The notes under the pieces are model-generated. The model was given only the letters and a program-made list of their open reading frames with translations. It searched no databases and was not told the DNA's origin. Source: a virus. From it: a stretch of 64,000 nucleotides of DNA. Position numbers and translations under genes: made by a program. Shown in pieces: positions 9,631 to 18,866 of this stretch. The stretch lies in the IMG/VR virus record IMGVR_UViG_3300031603_000003, positions 1-64,000 of that record; one strand, 5' to 3'. Position 1 is the stretch's first letter. Each line of letters opens with the position of its first letter.

Positions 9631-9790
9631 GCTGTACGCTACATGGTTGTAACAGCAAGAGACAGATGCTGACACGTTCAAGCGTTTGAACCGCACAGCG
9701 TGGCTGCCTTGGTGCACAACGGGGCACTTTCGGGAATGACTAATTCCAGTGAGTGTTACCAAGTAGTACTATATAGACAGAGGAATAGAT

Positions 9791-10150
9791 ATGTCACGAA
9801 TAACCTATCTCGAAGATACAAGTGGGTCGAGCTTCAAGTATTATGCAATGGCCCAGAACGATGCGGGTACTATTAAGGCATGGTACGGAGCGATAGGCGC
9901 TTCACCTAATGGTGCGAGTCCTAACTCGTTTGATACACAAAGACGAGCCAAGTTGAAGAAGGGGTACAAAGAAGTTACCGTAGATACTTGTACCGCACAC
10001 TGGGTGACGGGGGTCATAGCACAGCTTAACAACTTTATAGGTACGGCACCGCTGACACCTAAGAAAACTAAACTAACCGCAGGCTTTCTCTTATCAAAGA
10101 TGAAGCAAGATGGAGGAGTATACCGTGAGCCCAAGCGCAAAACCAAATAA
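9791..10150 (+). CDS. WGR-domain protein (stand-alone)
   Basis: 'YLEDTSGSSFKYY..', 'WYGAIG' (WGRIG variant), 'AKLKKGYKE'; GAGGA RBS. Confidence 0.7.
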   Translation: MSRITYLEDTSGSSFKYYAMAQNDAGTIKAWYGAIGASPNGASPNSFDTQRRAKLKKGYKEVTVDTCTAHWVTGVIAQLNNFIGTAPLTPKKTKLTAGFLLSKMKQDGGVYREPKRKTK

Positions 10151-10667
10151 GAAGTCTGCACCACCTGTAGCAGGACCAAACACAGCGGGAGCAGCTGTAC
10201 AAGTATGGGCTAACGAGAACAAAAACGGACTCTTACAGCAGACAGCGCCTGGATACGTGGGCAAGCATGCCTCGATGATCCAGTTGTCCGTCAAGCCAGA
10301 AGGAGCGACCAACACATCGCTACCGCCAGAACTATCAGGGGCTCTTAATGCGCTAGCTGGCGTACTTATTGGTATACCTGTACCACAGATGCTGTTGGAT
10401 AATGGTACTATCGTAATACTTAATCAATCAACGGACTGGATACTGGCAGCATACAAGGATACAGCTGGTGGATTCATACAGGTAACTAAGTTCGAGCATA
10501 AGAAACGGTACGTCTTTATGTACAGTACAGTGACTGCTATTAACGTAGTCAAATCCACTGCGGGGTTCCGTGGAAACTTCCTTAGTGGAATGATGAGTGG
10601 TAACACGGCGGAGAAACAAGCCGGCGTTACTCGTAACCAACCACACATAGGAGATCTATTCGTATGA
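10125..10667 (+). CDS. Hypothetical protein
   Basis: GGAGGAG 6 nt before GTG 10125; ATGA coupling to the next gene. Confidence 0.65.
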   Translation: MSPSAKPNKKSAPPVAGPNTAGAAVQVWANENKNGLLQQTAPGYVGKHASMIQLSVKPEGATNTSLPPELSGALNALAGVLIGIPVPQMLLDNGTIVILNQSTDWILAAYKDTAGGFIQVTKFEHKKRYVFMYSTVTAINVVKSTAGFRGNFLSGMMSGNTAEKQAGVTRNQPHIGDLFV

Positions 10668-10894
10668 ACAGGATTACACTTCTCGACGAAGGAAGTAAAA
10701 TAAGCCTTCGTCGATTTATAGTCTTTAGTTGGTCTATCCTAGTACTAGTGTTATACTCTACTGACTTCTTCACGGACTTTACAGTCCCATCGTCGGTGGA
10801 TAACTTAACGTACATGGTATGGGGCTCGTACTTCCTGAAGAACCTGAAGACCAAGGCAATATCCTTGGGTACACCAAAACCAGAGTCAGAATAA
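10664..10894 (+). CDS. Small membrane protein with two hydrophobic segments (holin-like topology)
   Basis: 'FIVFSWSILVLVLY' and 'LTYMVWGSYFL', basic C-tail; AGGAG RBS. Confidence 0.6.
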   Translation: MNRITLLDEGSKISLRRFIVFSWSILVLVLYSTDFFTDFTVPSSVDNLTYMVWGSYFLKNLKTKAISLGTPKPESE

Positions 10895-10920
10895 CTGACC
10901 AGTAATAGATGGAGGCAACA

Positions 10921-11127
10921 ATGTCAGATATAACAATTCCAAAACGTGCACAGACTGCACTGGAGAAGCTTGAAGCACAAGCAAAGAGCTTCACTAGTCT
11001 ATCCCACACGCCGTATACCAGGGAAGAACTCCTAGTGGAGGCACTCATGGATATGGAAGCTAAGCTAGCGGGCATGGAACATCAATGTACGCTACGTGAT
11101 ACACCAGATGGCGGATTGTTCAGATGA
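10921..11127 (+). CDS. Small hypothetical protein (possible ribbon-helix-helix-like)
   Basis: GGAGG RBS; 'ITIPKRAQTALEKL...TREELLVEAL'. Confidence 0.55.
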   Translation: MSDITIPKRAQTALEKLEAQAKSFTSLSHTPYTREELLVEALMDMEAKLAGMEHQCTLRDTPDGGLFR

Positions 11128-11576
11128 TACTATGGGAACCTTTCAATAAGGAGTTCGGTATCTTACCGGCATCACTCCCGGACGACCCAGCACAGACTCC
11201 ATTTTGGAATCCCGACAAGCAGGCTCACACTATTCTCATGGCATTGGCACAACGTAGGTTGTGGACCATATACGATCATGAGACTGGTCTTGAGATCATG
11301 CGACCCGGGATGCGTGGAGTCGGTAAAGCGTTGGTGATAACAGAACAACCTTACAATGATGTACATATCGTTGTACACACGGATGAATTAGCATTCGGTG
11401 TTCGCACGTGTACAGGTTGTGAACAGGGAGCAATGTTAGCAACGGAAAGTAAAGCAGGAACAGAAGAGGACACATATGATGTTCTCTTCGCATGCTCATG
11501 TGGTCACACTGAGGAATGTGTGTACAATGGGGCACAACTAGAGTGGGTAACACCACCAAAAGGTGAGTTACTATAA
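11124..11576 (+). CDS. Hypothetical protein with C-terminal Zn-ribbon
   Basis: 'CTGC...CSCGHTE'; ATGA coupling. Confidence 0.65.
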   Translation: MILWEPFNKEFGILPASLPDDPAQTPFWNPDKQAHTILMALAQRRLWTIYDHETGLEIMRPGMRGVGKALVITEQPYNDVHIVVHTDELAFGVRTCTGCEQGAMLATESKAGTEEDTYDVLFACSCGHTEECVYNGAQLEWVTPPKGELL

Positions 11577-11583
11577 GGAATTT

Positions 11584-11611
11584 GGGGGCGGGCACAACTG
11601 TGTTCGCCTCC
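11584..11611 (+). promoter_or_regulatory. GC-rich intergenic RNA hairpin
   Basis: GGGGGCGGGCAC-AACT-GTGTTCGCCTCC, 12 bp including G.U pairs, no U-tract. Confidence 0.45.
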
Positions 11612-11652
11612 GCCTGCCAAAGTAATCCATTGATAGTGAAGTAGGAGGTAGT

Positions 11653-11913
11653 ATGGATGGTGTGGAGATCCGCAAAGCGGTAATGACTGTCACAGATATA
11701 ACCGAAGCTCGGAAGATCCTGCAAGTAGCAGAGTTTAAGCTGAAGTCAGTGATCAGGGCAAAGTTCCGGCGTACTATGGCGGTAGAGTTCGATCATTTAG
11801 GTCGTACGATACAAGGTCATGTGGAACGCGTGAACATCAAAACATTAACTATTGATGTACCACATGAACAGTCGTGGCGGGTGCCACCTGAACAGGTTCG
11901 TTTGATACATTGA
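11653..11913 (+). CDS. Small SH3-like beta-barrel hypothetical protein
   Basis: AGGAGG RBS; 'GHVERVNIKTLTI...SWRVPP'. Confidence 0.65.
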   Translation: MDGVEIRKAVMTVTDITEARKILQVAEFKLKSVIRAKFRRTMAVEFDHLGRTIQGHVERVNIKTLTIDVPHEQSWRVPPEQVRLIH

Positions 11914-11930
11914 TATACGGGACAATTACT

Positions 11931-11960
11931 AGGGGAGTCTAGAACTCCCCTTTATTATTT
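11931..11960. terminator. Intrinsic terminator at the convergence of the two transcription blocks
   Basis: AGGGGAGT-CTAGA-ACTCCCCT followed by TTATTATTT; lies between the last + gene and the last - gene. Confidence 0.8.
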
Positions 11961-11968
11961 AACATGTC

Positions 11969-12478
11969 CTACGAGGGGGCGGGGGTACGTTTCATGACTC
12001 TACCGGTGGTAGCAGCAGAACGTCTGGTAGCTATGTCGCTGTAATCATTATGGTTAGCTTGTTTTATATCAGGCTTCGTGATCTTAGCCATGACTAAAAG
12101 TTTACCTATAAGCTCAGGTGTAGGTACTGGGTCGTACGGTATAGATATCAAAGTAATACCATGAGATTGCAACAACGCACGCTTCTCTTCGTCGTTCTCC
12201 TGCTGGTGTTGAAACTCTTCGTACGTCTTATGAAAGTAATTAGGCCACTTGTAATGCTGGATACCGTGTGCTTCTATGGCTAGGTTAAACCTAGGGAAGA
12301 ATATGTCCACGTACAACGCGTTGCCATCGTGGTTCTTCAGCCAACGCCAGTTAACTTCGTAGCGTAGGTAACTATCTCCCAAGGCAATACGGAATAGTCC
12401 AGCTACTCTGCGTTGAAACTTTGAGACAGATGATTTATGTTTGTAACGACGACGTTTGCGACGTGGTTTGGTTACCAT
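11969..12478 (-). CDS. Vsr/DUF559-like PD-(D/E)XK endonuclease
   Basis: 'YVDIFFPRFNLAIEAHGIQHY', 'QENDEEKRALLQSHGITLISIPY'; highly basic N-terminus. Confidence 0.8.
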   Translation of the reverse strand: MVTKPRRKRRRYKHKSSVSKFQRRVAGLFRIALGDSYLRYEVNWRWLKNHDGNALYVDIFFPRFNLAIEAHGIQHYKWPNYFHKTYEEFQHQQENDEEKRALLQSHGITLISIPYDPVPTPELIGKLLVMAKITKPDIKQANHNDYSDIATRRSAATTGRVMKRTPAPS

Positions 12479-12481
12479 AGG

Positions 12482-12556
12482 TTACTCCGCCCAATTAGTT
12501 GCCTCGTCAGCTGTGGCGACTGTAATTAGATCAGTGGTATATGATGCTACGGCCAT
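12482..12556 (-). pseudogene. 24-aa mini-ORF, possible remnant of a deleted structural gene
   Basis: MAVASYTTDLITVATADEATNWAE* fills the intergenic gap, with an AAGGT RBS and virion-protein-like composition. Confidence 0.4.
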
Positions 12557-12568
12557 GAGTAAGTAACC

Positions 12569-13216
12569 TTATTTGATACGATAGTCAATGGCTATGCGTG
12601 CGGTTGCTCCTGCATCGGAGTTTACGTGGAGCGCGAAGGTTCCACGAAATCTATTCCAATCAATATTAGTTTGTCCATAGAGACCTAGAGGGAACTCAAG
12701 TCCAACGTAAGAGCTAGTGGTGTACTTGGGCTTTGCTGCTTCTAGAGGTAAGATACCTTGTAGTACGTACTCTCCGTTGTTAAGCGGTTGGAACTGGAAC
12801 CCAGGTGTAAGCACTGTATACTCGGCAAGTTCATAGGTTGCTTTGATAGTATCCACGCTCGCGGTGTCGGCAGATATAAAGGATACTTGGAGCAATGGAC
12901 TTACGAAACGTATCTTGAAAATGTGCTTTGTGCTGATGTACTGCCTAAGCGACATAAGTTCCGCGAGGGATTCATCAACAAAGATCGTATCGGGATCTTG
13001 GGGTACGAGCTTAGTTTTCCATTTAGTAATAACGATGGTTTCTGCTTCCGAACTATCAGTGGCTTCTGTGAATGTCCATGGGCTTTCCGTGATGACTGGT
13101 ACTTCAATTTCTTCACCTGGTAGATACTCCACTCTTGGTTGTGCAAAGAACAAAGCCCAGATAGTAATACCTAGGCTAAATATAACAGCTAAGGATGTTA
13201 ATATGTTGATGCGCAT
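12569..13216 (-). CDS. Membrane-anchored protein with C-terminal amphipathic beta-strands (candidate spanin-like lysis protein)
   Basis: N-terminal TM 'ILTSLAVIFSLGITIWALFF'; C-terminal alternating strands ending 'ARIAIDYRIK'. Confidence 0.5.
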   Translation of the reverse strand: MRINILTSLAVIFSLGITIWALFFAQPRVEYLPGEEIEVPVITESPWTFTEATDSSEAETIVITKWKTKLVPQDPDTIFVDESLAELMSLRQYISTKHIFKIRFVSPLLQVSFISADTASVDTIKATYELAEYTVLTPGFQFQPLNNGEYVLQGILPLEAAKPKYTTSSYVGLEFPLGLYGQTNIDWNRFRGTFALHVNSDAGATARIAIDYRIK

Positions 13217-13581
13217 TATACTGTCGGCACTGCTCGCTGCAGCATAGTTACCATGTTAGCTTGAGCTGATATGATCTCCGTGTATAGTGTGTCAAATCTT
13301 CGAAGGATGAGACGTAGCTGATCAATATCCGCCTGCGACATGTAGTACTTAGTTTCTGTCGGTGATACGATAGTTGAATAACGTTCTTCTAGAATACCAA
13401 TTCTTGTTTCCAGATCTGTGATCATACCGTTGAGTGTAGTACTGAGTGTACTTACCTCTAGCTTAGATGTCAAGGCTCCGCGGTTGTTATCATTGACCTC
13501 TTCTATACGTGTGGCATTCTTCTTCACTTCTCCACGTAGTAATATTAAGCTGCTATCAATCTCTGCTAATGTTTTAGACAT
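13216..13581 (-). CDS. Coiled-coil virion-associated protein
   Basis: Heptad pattern 'ITDLETRIGILEER'; GGAG RBS; operon position. Confidence 0.65.
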   Translation of the reverse strand: MSKTLAEIDSSLILLRGEVKKNATRIEEVNDNNRGALTSKLEVSTLSTTLNGMITDLETRIGILEERYSTIVSPTETKYYMSQADIDQLRLILRRFDTLYTEIISAQANMVTMLQRAVPTV

Positions 13582-13592
13582 GTGTCACTCCG

Positions 13593-14609
13593 TTAAATAA
13601 AGCCAAGACGTACACCACGTAGTAGCGGACTACTATTGTTGTATTGTTTTAAGGTTATGCTTAGCAATAGGGCTTCGCCGTCTACGATAGTCAACGAAGA
13701 TGCTAAAGGATACGTATCAGACTCTGAATTATATAGTTCGTCAGCTGGGTCGTCGGCGTGATATATAGTTATCGACGCAATGTCCGATAGTAATTGTGCA
13801 TTTAGATTTGATGCAAAATCTAGTTCTACGTAGTTCAAACCTGTTTTGCCTGCGGGCGTAGCGGTAACGATAAAAGTTAATGTACTACTAGTTTTCGTGT
13901 ACACTCTATTACTAACACGTACCATACCTACACTATGTAAATATGTACGATCGCCTAGAGATAGACCTTTAGAAATAAGCTCAACCTCGTAGTCAAAGTA
14001 GCTTTCCGGTTGATACCCGATACTGTTGGTAACCTCCAACCCTCGTACACTAGTACCGGCGGCATGTAACGCGCCGCTGACTGCTACAGTGTTATATTGA
14101 TTAGTGAGTCCTGGAGGAAATGTTCCAGTGATTCTTAATTCAGGTACGCTTACAACCTGTGCCCACATAGCGTCAGGAGAGAATATCAGTTCTGGGTTGA
14201 TGAGCTCAATACCACTGCCTATATTGTCGTCGGCGGTAATAACCGCACCAGCTGCTGGTACACGTTCGCCGAACATACTGTTCATGGACGTAGCTATGAG
14301 TGAGGACTCTGACTCAGCCTCCAACCCGAGTAATCCGTGTGTGAGTTCGAAACCATCTACCACGCTACCTCCATCTAAAACTATGGCTGGTATAAATAAC
14401 CTACCGTCGCTGGTATCGGAGATAGAAGTGTTAAGTGCTCCATTAGGAGCTGGTAATACTAAGTTAGCGATGATGTTATTCATCATGTCGTAACGAGCAC
14501 GCAATGCTTGGTTATACGTAACGGCTTGTGCTATTAACGTTTGCAGTTCACGATGGTTAGCGTTGATAATATTTGGATCAATATTCTCATTCAATTCAAA
14601 GGTATGCAT
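13593..14609 (-). CDS. Baseplate/fibre-associated structural protein (paralog family)
   Basis: N-terminal helix and coiled coil, beta-rich body, C-terminal 'SPLLRGVRL'. Confidence 0.6.
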   Translation of the reverse strand: MHTFELNENIDPNIINANHRELQTLIAQAVTYNQALRARYDMMNNIIANLVLPAPNGALNTSISDTSDGRLFIPAIVLDGGSVVDGFELTHGLLGLEAESESSLIATSMNSMFGERVPAAGAVITADDNIGSGIELINPELIFSPDAMWAQVVSVPELRITGTFPPGLTNQYNTVAVSGALHAAGTSVRGLEVTNSIGYQPESYFDYEVELISKGLSLGDRTYLHSVGMVRVSNRVYTKTSSTLTFIVTATPAGKTGLNYVELDFASNLNAQLLSDIASITIYHADDPADELYNSESDTYPLASSLTIVDGEALLLSITLKQYNNSSPLLRGVRLGFI

Positions 14610-14881
14610 TATACGCGTCTCCAGTCGGTTGTGTAGTCGTACTCTTCAATCTTTGTTATGTCAGTGAGAAATACTAAAACATTATTGTCCGTTATTTCAC
14701 GTTCCATTACAGCACGAGTAAGGGCTATAAGCTCCGTAACCGGGTCAGCGGTGAGGTCTATAGTAATGGGAGATCTTAAGATCGCCAAGCAATCCTGAAC
14801 GATCTCCATGGCTACGACGTTGAGATCGTAAGAACTCATTGGAGTACCTGATGCTATCTGATGGTGTTTGGTATTGATCAT
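14609..14881 (-). CDS. Small structural protein (N-terminal module of the paralog family only)
   Basis: 'PMSSYDLNVVAMEIVQDCLAI'; AGGA RBS; TAATG coupling. Confidence 0.6.
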   Translation of the reverse strand: MINTKHHQIASGTPMSSYDLNVVAMEIVQDCLAILRSPITIDLTADPVTELIALTRAVMEREITDNNVLVFLTDITKIEEYDYTTDWRRV

Positions 14882-14892
14882 CTTCCTGGTCC

Positions 14893-16836
14893 TCAGTCTC
14901 TACGTGGTGGTAAGTCGTTAACAAGTGGCGCACTGAATGTAGAACTTTCTGAAGCTTCCGTGTGTAATCTTTCGGTGTTCAGTATACGTATCCGACGTAG
15001 TAGCGGGGCTGTACGGGGATCAGTAGTGCTGAATTTAACCTTAAGTACTATGGCATCCGGTACTGCATCATCTGTCTTACGGTTACGGTAACTAATGTCG
15101 AACTGGTCTGTAGTTAATCCAGTTGGAATCTTGAACCTGACGGAACCGCCAGCATATTGATATACAGCAGTATTATTTGTACTACTTATATCGTGTACCT
15201 GCGTGAATGGGATAGCAAATCCCCTAAGTGTCACGCCGCTAGATCTTCTAACTAGCCTGTGTGCGTTTACTATTGTACTTTCAGATTTCAAGTGGGAGAA
15301 TATAATCTTATACAAACCCGGTGGTAATGTAATAATATTGTTCTCGCTGGTGGCTCGATACATAGATGCACCTTCACCCGTAATACGTTTTATGATGAAG
15401 TAATTAGCTGCAAGCACAGGGATAGTAACAGTTCGTGCAACACCCTGTACATCTAAATAACTTTTGTATATGTACTTAGCGTTGTCCGTTGTACTTGTTG
15501 ATTGATCTTGCCAGTAATTGTCCCCACCGGTGATGGTTATGTCTGACACATTGTTAGGTACTGCCAGAGTTGCAACCCCAGCTCTAACATTGACGGTATT
15601 AGAGAAGTCGGTTAACTCATCCTCGTACCCGATGTGTATCTTGGCAGTTGTTACGTTGTTAGGTAAATCTTGCCATACAATACTCGTATCTCTTAGATGT
15701 AGATTAGCTCCACCTATATCAGTTGCATAGTGTTCAGTTAACTGAGTCTCGGTCAACTTAGCGTACGAGATCTGTACTGAAGTGCCAGCTGGTTGGTATA
15801 CCTTGGTGTCTAGTAGATAATGTCCCACCAATGGACTACCCATTGTTGAGTTTGCGCCAGGAGTGAGGTACAGGGGTAGGGAATAGAACGTTCCAGAACT
15901 ATTATAGCTACCACTCTGGAACTCGACATTACTTACTTTGAGATTCATGTCGTGCCCTGGGACTAAGAATCTTAACCGTACAGTTTGTGTTTGTATGTTC
16001 ATAAAGTAATTTAGATTGCCGTTGCTGGTTACGGTGTCCAGGTCTACCCACTGTTCAGTATTCGGATCGATGTACGATATAGATATAGTAGCCGGTGTGC
16101 TTGCCACCTTGATGGCCTGCAGTGTTGGCATGAATTTTAGTATATCAAACTCTTCCATTTCTAATATGTCTGGCGGAATATTATCAAGCCCTGGTACTGG
16201 AAACGCAAAGAACAGATCGGTACCTACCCACGTGGAGGAGTTCGATCTAACACTGGCGGTAAAAGTCTTATGTTGTTTGAGACCAGTAGGATTGCTTAAA
16301 GTTTCCCGGGTCAAAGACCCGGACTGACTAACCGGTGCAGCTGTAACAGTCCACGCGGCGTCAGATGAAGTTGGTAGTGGTGGTGGGAACTCCTTTAGGG
16401 AGTTCTTCAACGTAATGGATGCTTGGTCTTGGGCTATGTTAGTGGAGCAGCTAGCCTGCGGAGGAACACCAGAGTATATTACCGCGACGGCAGACTCATT
16501 GTCTGACACTGCTTGCACATAGTCCATGACTTCTGCTGCTTTAAGCTTTATATCTTCGTGCTCCTTCAGGAATGATAGTTCCAGCGCATCTAAATCGTAG
16601 GTGTACGTACGTAGCAGTTCGACGATGTCTCTGGTGTCTACTAGTAATCCGGACAGTACCTGGTGAAGCTTGGCCGCACTCGACGTTGCACCTTGTAAAG
16701 GTAGTAATGGTTTAGTTTGAAACTTAAAAGGAGTGGCAATTGCTTCGTCAATTTCTCTAGCTGTAGGCATACGGCCATTCTTATGTAGATATGCTTCTAT
16801 GTATATTTGAAGTACTTGTTCTTTACGCTTACCCAT
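14893..16836 (-). CDS. Baseplate/fibre-associated structural protein (paralog family)
   Basis: 'TSSAAKLHQVLSGLLVD' plus coiled coil, beta domains, C-terminal 'APLLRRIRI'. Confidence 0.65.
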   Translation of the reverse strand: MGKRKEQVLQIYIEAYLHKNGRMPTAREIDEAIATPFKFQTKPLLPLQGATSSAAKLHQVLSGLLVDTRDIVELLRTYTYDLDALELSFLKEHEDIKLKAAEVMDYVQAVSDNESAVAVIYSGVPPQASCSTNIAQDQASITLKNSLKEFPPPLPTSSDAAWTVTAAPVSQSGSLTRETLSNPTGLKQHKTFTASVRSNSSTWVGTDLFFAFPVPGLDNIPPDILEMEEFDILKFMPTLQAIKVASTPATISISYIDPNTEQWVDLDTVTSNGNLNYFMNIQTQTVRLRFLVPGHDMNLKVSNVEFQSGSYNSSGTFYSLPLYLTPGANSTMGSPLVGHYLLDTKVYQPAGTSVQISYAKLTETQLTEHYATDIGGANLHLRDTSIVWQDLPNNVTTAKIHIGYEDELTDFSNTVNVRAGVATLAVPNNVSDITITGGDNYWQDQSTSTTDNAKYIYKSYLDVQGVARTVTIPVLAANYFIIKRITGEGASMYRATSENNIITLPPGLYKIIFSHLKSESTIVNAHRLVRRSSGVTLRGFAIPFTQVHDISSTNNTAVYQYAGGSVRFKIPTGLTTDQFDISYRNRKTDDAVPDAIVLKVKFSTTDPRTAPLLRRIRILNTERLHTEASESSTFSAPLVNDLPPRRD

Positions 16837-18866
16837 TATAATACTTCCTGATCTGCATAAATAATACGTGCTCTAATACCGGTTACTACTGGTGTGATAT
16901 TGATATCCGCCGCTGGGCGTGTAATACGCACCCGCACAGTACAATGTTGTGTTTCATCTGTGTCTACGAATCCCTGCCCTGACGCTCGTGTGCGATCAAC
17001 CTCGGACAATATACTGTTGTAGTAGTATAGCGAAGGAGCAACACCATCAAGGTTGAGTGGAGAAATCTCATGTTCGATGCCATCCACTACTAAGTAGTAT
17101 GATATAGATGGTACTACGAATGGATTAAATCCTTCTACGGATATACCTACCGCGCTGATATGTTTGTTATCAGCTATATTGAAATCTATGTCATGATCAG
17201 TAGCACTTTCATATACTACCCGGGACGCGGCGAAGGGTCCACTAGTTTCTATAGTTCTAGTGGTATATACATTAGTACTAGGATCTGCTACTAAAGTTGT
17301 GGGTTCGGTGTCCGAGATAGAAGAGAAGACGCCTGAAGCATTAACTTGTAGAGAACCTATCGCATCGGATCCAATCGCGTAAGCAAAGCTAATGGCGTTA
17401 TTAACATACGTACCAGTGATGGTCCAGTTACGTTCTAGTTCAGACTCAGTGAGGTTCGTGAACGCTACAACAATGCTACTAGCGCCACCGCTATTGTCCT
17501 CGGTGTGGGTAGAGGAGCCGGACGAGACAACCAGTTCCGTGATATTAGTAGTACTGTTAATAGTAAAGTCTAAGTTAAACCGATCCGTGTTATCGGTGTT
17601 AATACTTATGGCATAGTTGATATCATCGGCAGTAAGACGTTCGAGTAATTTGAATACTGGTGTATCTAAAGGTACTGTTCCTGGGTCGTCGATAAGGGTT
17701 ACGTACGGTACGGCCGAGGCGCCACTGTATAGGTTCTCGAGTGCAGTAGCAAAACTAACGTCACCGTATCCGGCACCATTGTTATCGATACCTTGGTACA
17801 CGTATGTTTCTCTACCGTCCCCATCGATTAAGGAGGTTTCAGGTACTACCATGATACGGTACTCTGTATTAGGTATTAGTCCGTTGAAAGTTTGAGCTGC
17901 AGCTGCGGCTGGGTTAGTAGTGTTGATGGTTTTAGTAGCGGCGGTGCTCCACGATGCTCCATCCAACTTTTGTAGTGTGAGTGCAGCTTGAATTCGCTGT
18001 GATACTTCCGATGCTGATACCACGGTGGATGGTGTTGAACTGTATGTCTCTGAATTAAAGTACCAACCGTACAACTGATACTGCATCATTGTTCCATCGT
18101 AGTCGGAGGCAGGAAAAATATAGAAGATAGGGTAGGCACCGCTACGGTCAATGCTATCTACATTGAGTGGTTTAGTACGTATCCTGGAATTTAGTGTAGA
18201 CACATCCGCACCGGTTAACGTAGAAGCAATTGCAGTGGCGAAAGCTTCCGGTTGATCATCATTAGCAGATAGGAATGGCGTTAAGCCTGACATGTACGCA
18301 GAAGTCGCGGAGTACACTTGGTACGCGCCGTCATCTGATTTTAACAACTTAATATCTTGTGCGTTACCTGAGTTATCTACAACTTGTGCTAGAACAACGA
18401 ACCTACCTGTAATCATTTCGCCATTAGGTTGTATTAGGGAAACTGGTATATCGGAAAAAGTTTGTAGATCAGTCCGCGCACCGTCATATGTAGTGTCGTT
18501 TAACCAGCCAACAAGTCCTTCTCCGCCTGCGGATAAATAAACAGGAGACGGCCATAGATCATTACTCTTATTTTGTACTTGGTTTACAGGTACTACTGCG
18601 AAGTATACATTACCAGTATACGTATTAATTTGTTGTATTGTACCGTTGTGTAGTACAGTCACAGAATCTGGAGTGCCTAATTCAGATGGAAATAATTGAT
18701 TAAGCGCTGCAGTGCCAAAATCATAGTCGACTATGGATACTAAAATGTTTGGAGTCGTTAATGTTGGTGTGTTCTGTGAACTGTATGATCCATCTACCTT
18801 ACGTGGACGTATCCAGGTAGGATCTATTAAGGTTGGATCACATACACTTACTCTGTTACTAGCCAT
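16836..18866 (-). CDS. Structural protein with FN3-like domain
   Basis: 'TFNGLIPNTEYRIMV' FN3 signature; S/T/N-rich; C-terminal 'TPVVTGIRAR'. Confidence 0.65.
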   Translation of the reverse strand: MASNRVSVCDPTLIDPTWIRPRKVDGSYSSQNTPTLTTPNILVSIVDYDFGTAALNQLFPSELGTPDSVTVLHNGTIQQINTYTGNVYFAVVPVNQVQNKSNDLWPSPVYLSAGGEGLVGWLNDTTYDGARTDLQTFSDIPVSLIQPNGEMITGRFVVLAQVVDNSGNAQDIKLLKSDDGAYQVYSATSAYMSGLTPFLSANDDQPEAFATAIASTLTGADVSTLNSRIRTKPLNVDSIDRSGAYPIFYIFPASDYDGTMMQYQLYGWYFNSETYSSTPSTVVSASEVSQRIQAALTLQKLDGASWSTAATKTINTTNPAAAAAQTFNGLIPNTEYRIMVVPETSLIDGDGRETYVYQGIDNNGAGYGDVSFATALENLYSGASAVPYVTLIDDPGTVPLDTPVFKLLERLTADDINYAISINTDNTDRFNLDFTINSTTNITELVVSSGSSTHTEDNSGGASSIVVAFTNLTESELERNWTITGTYVNNAISFAYAIGSDAIGSLQVNASGVFSSISDTEPTTLVADPSTNVYTTRTIETSGPFAASRVVYESATDHDIDFNIADNKHISAVGISVEGFNPFVVPSISYYLVVDGIEHEISPLNLDGVAPSLYYYNSILSEVDRTRASGQGFVDTDETQHCTVRVRITRPAADINITPVVTGIRARIIYADQEVL

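Noticed and set aside
9665-9762. tRNA-like hints (GTTCAA and terminal ACCA)
   Set aside because: GTTCAA is at the wrong position relative to CCA, and no consistent cloverleaf can be built
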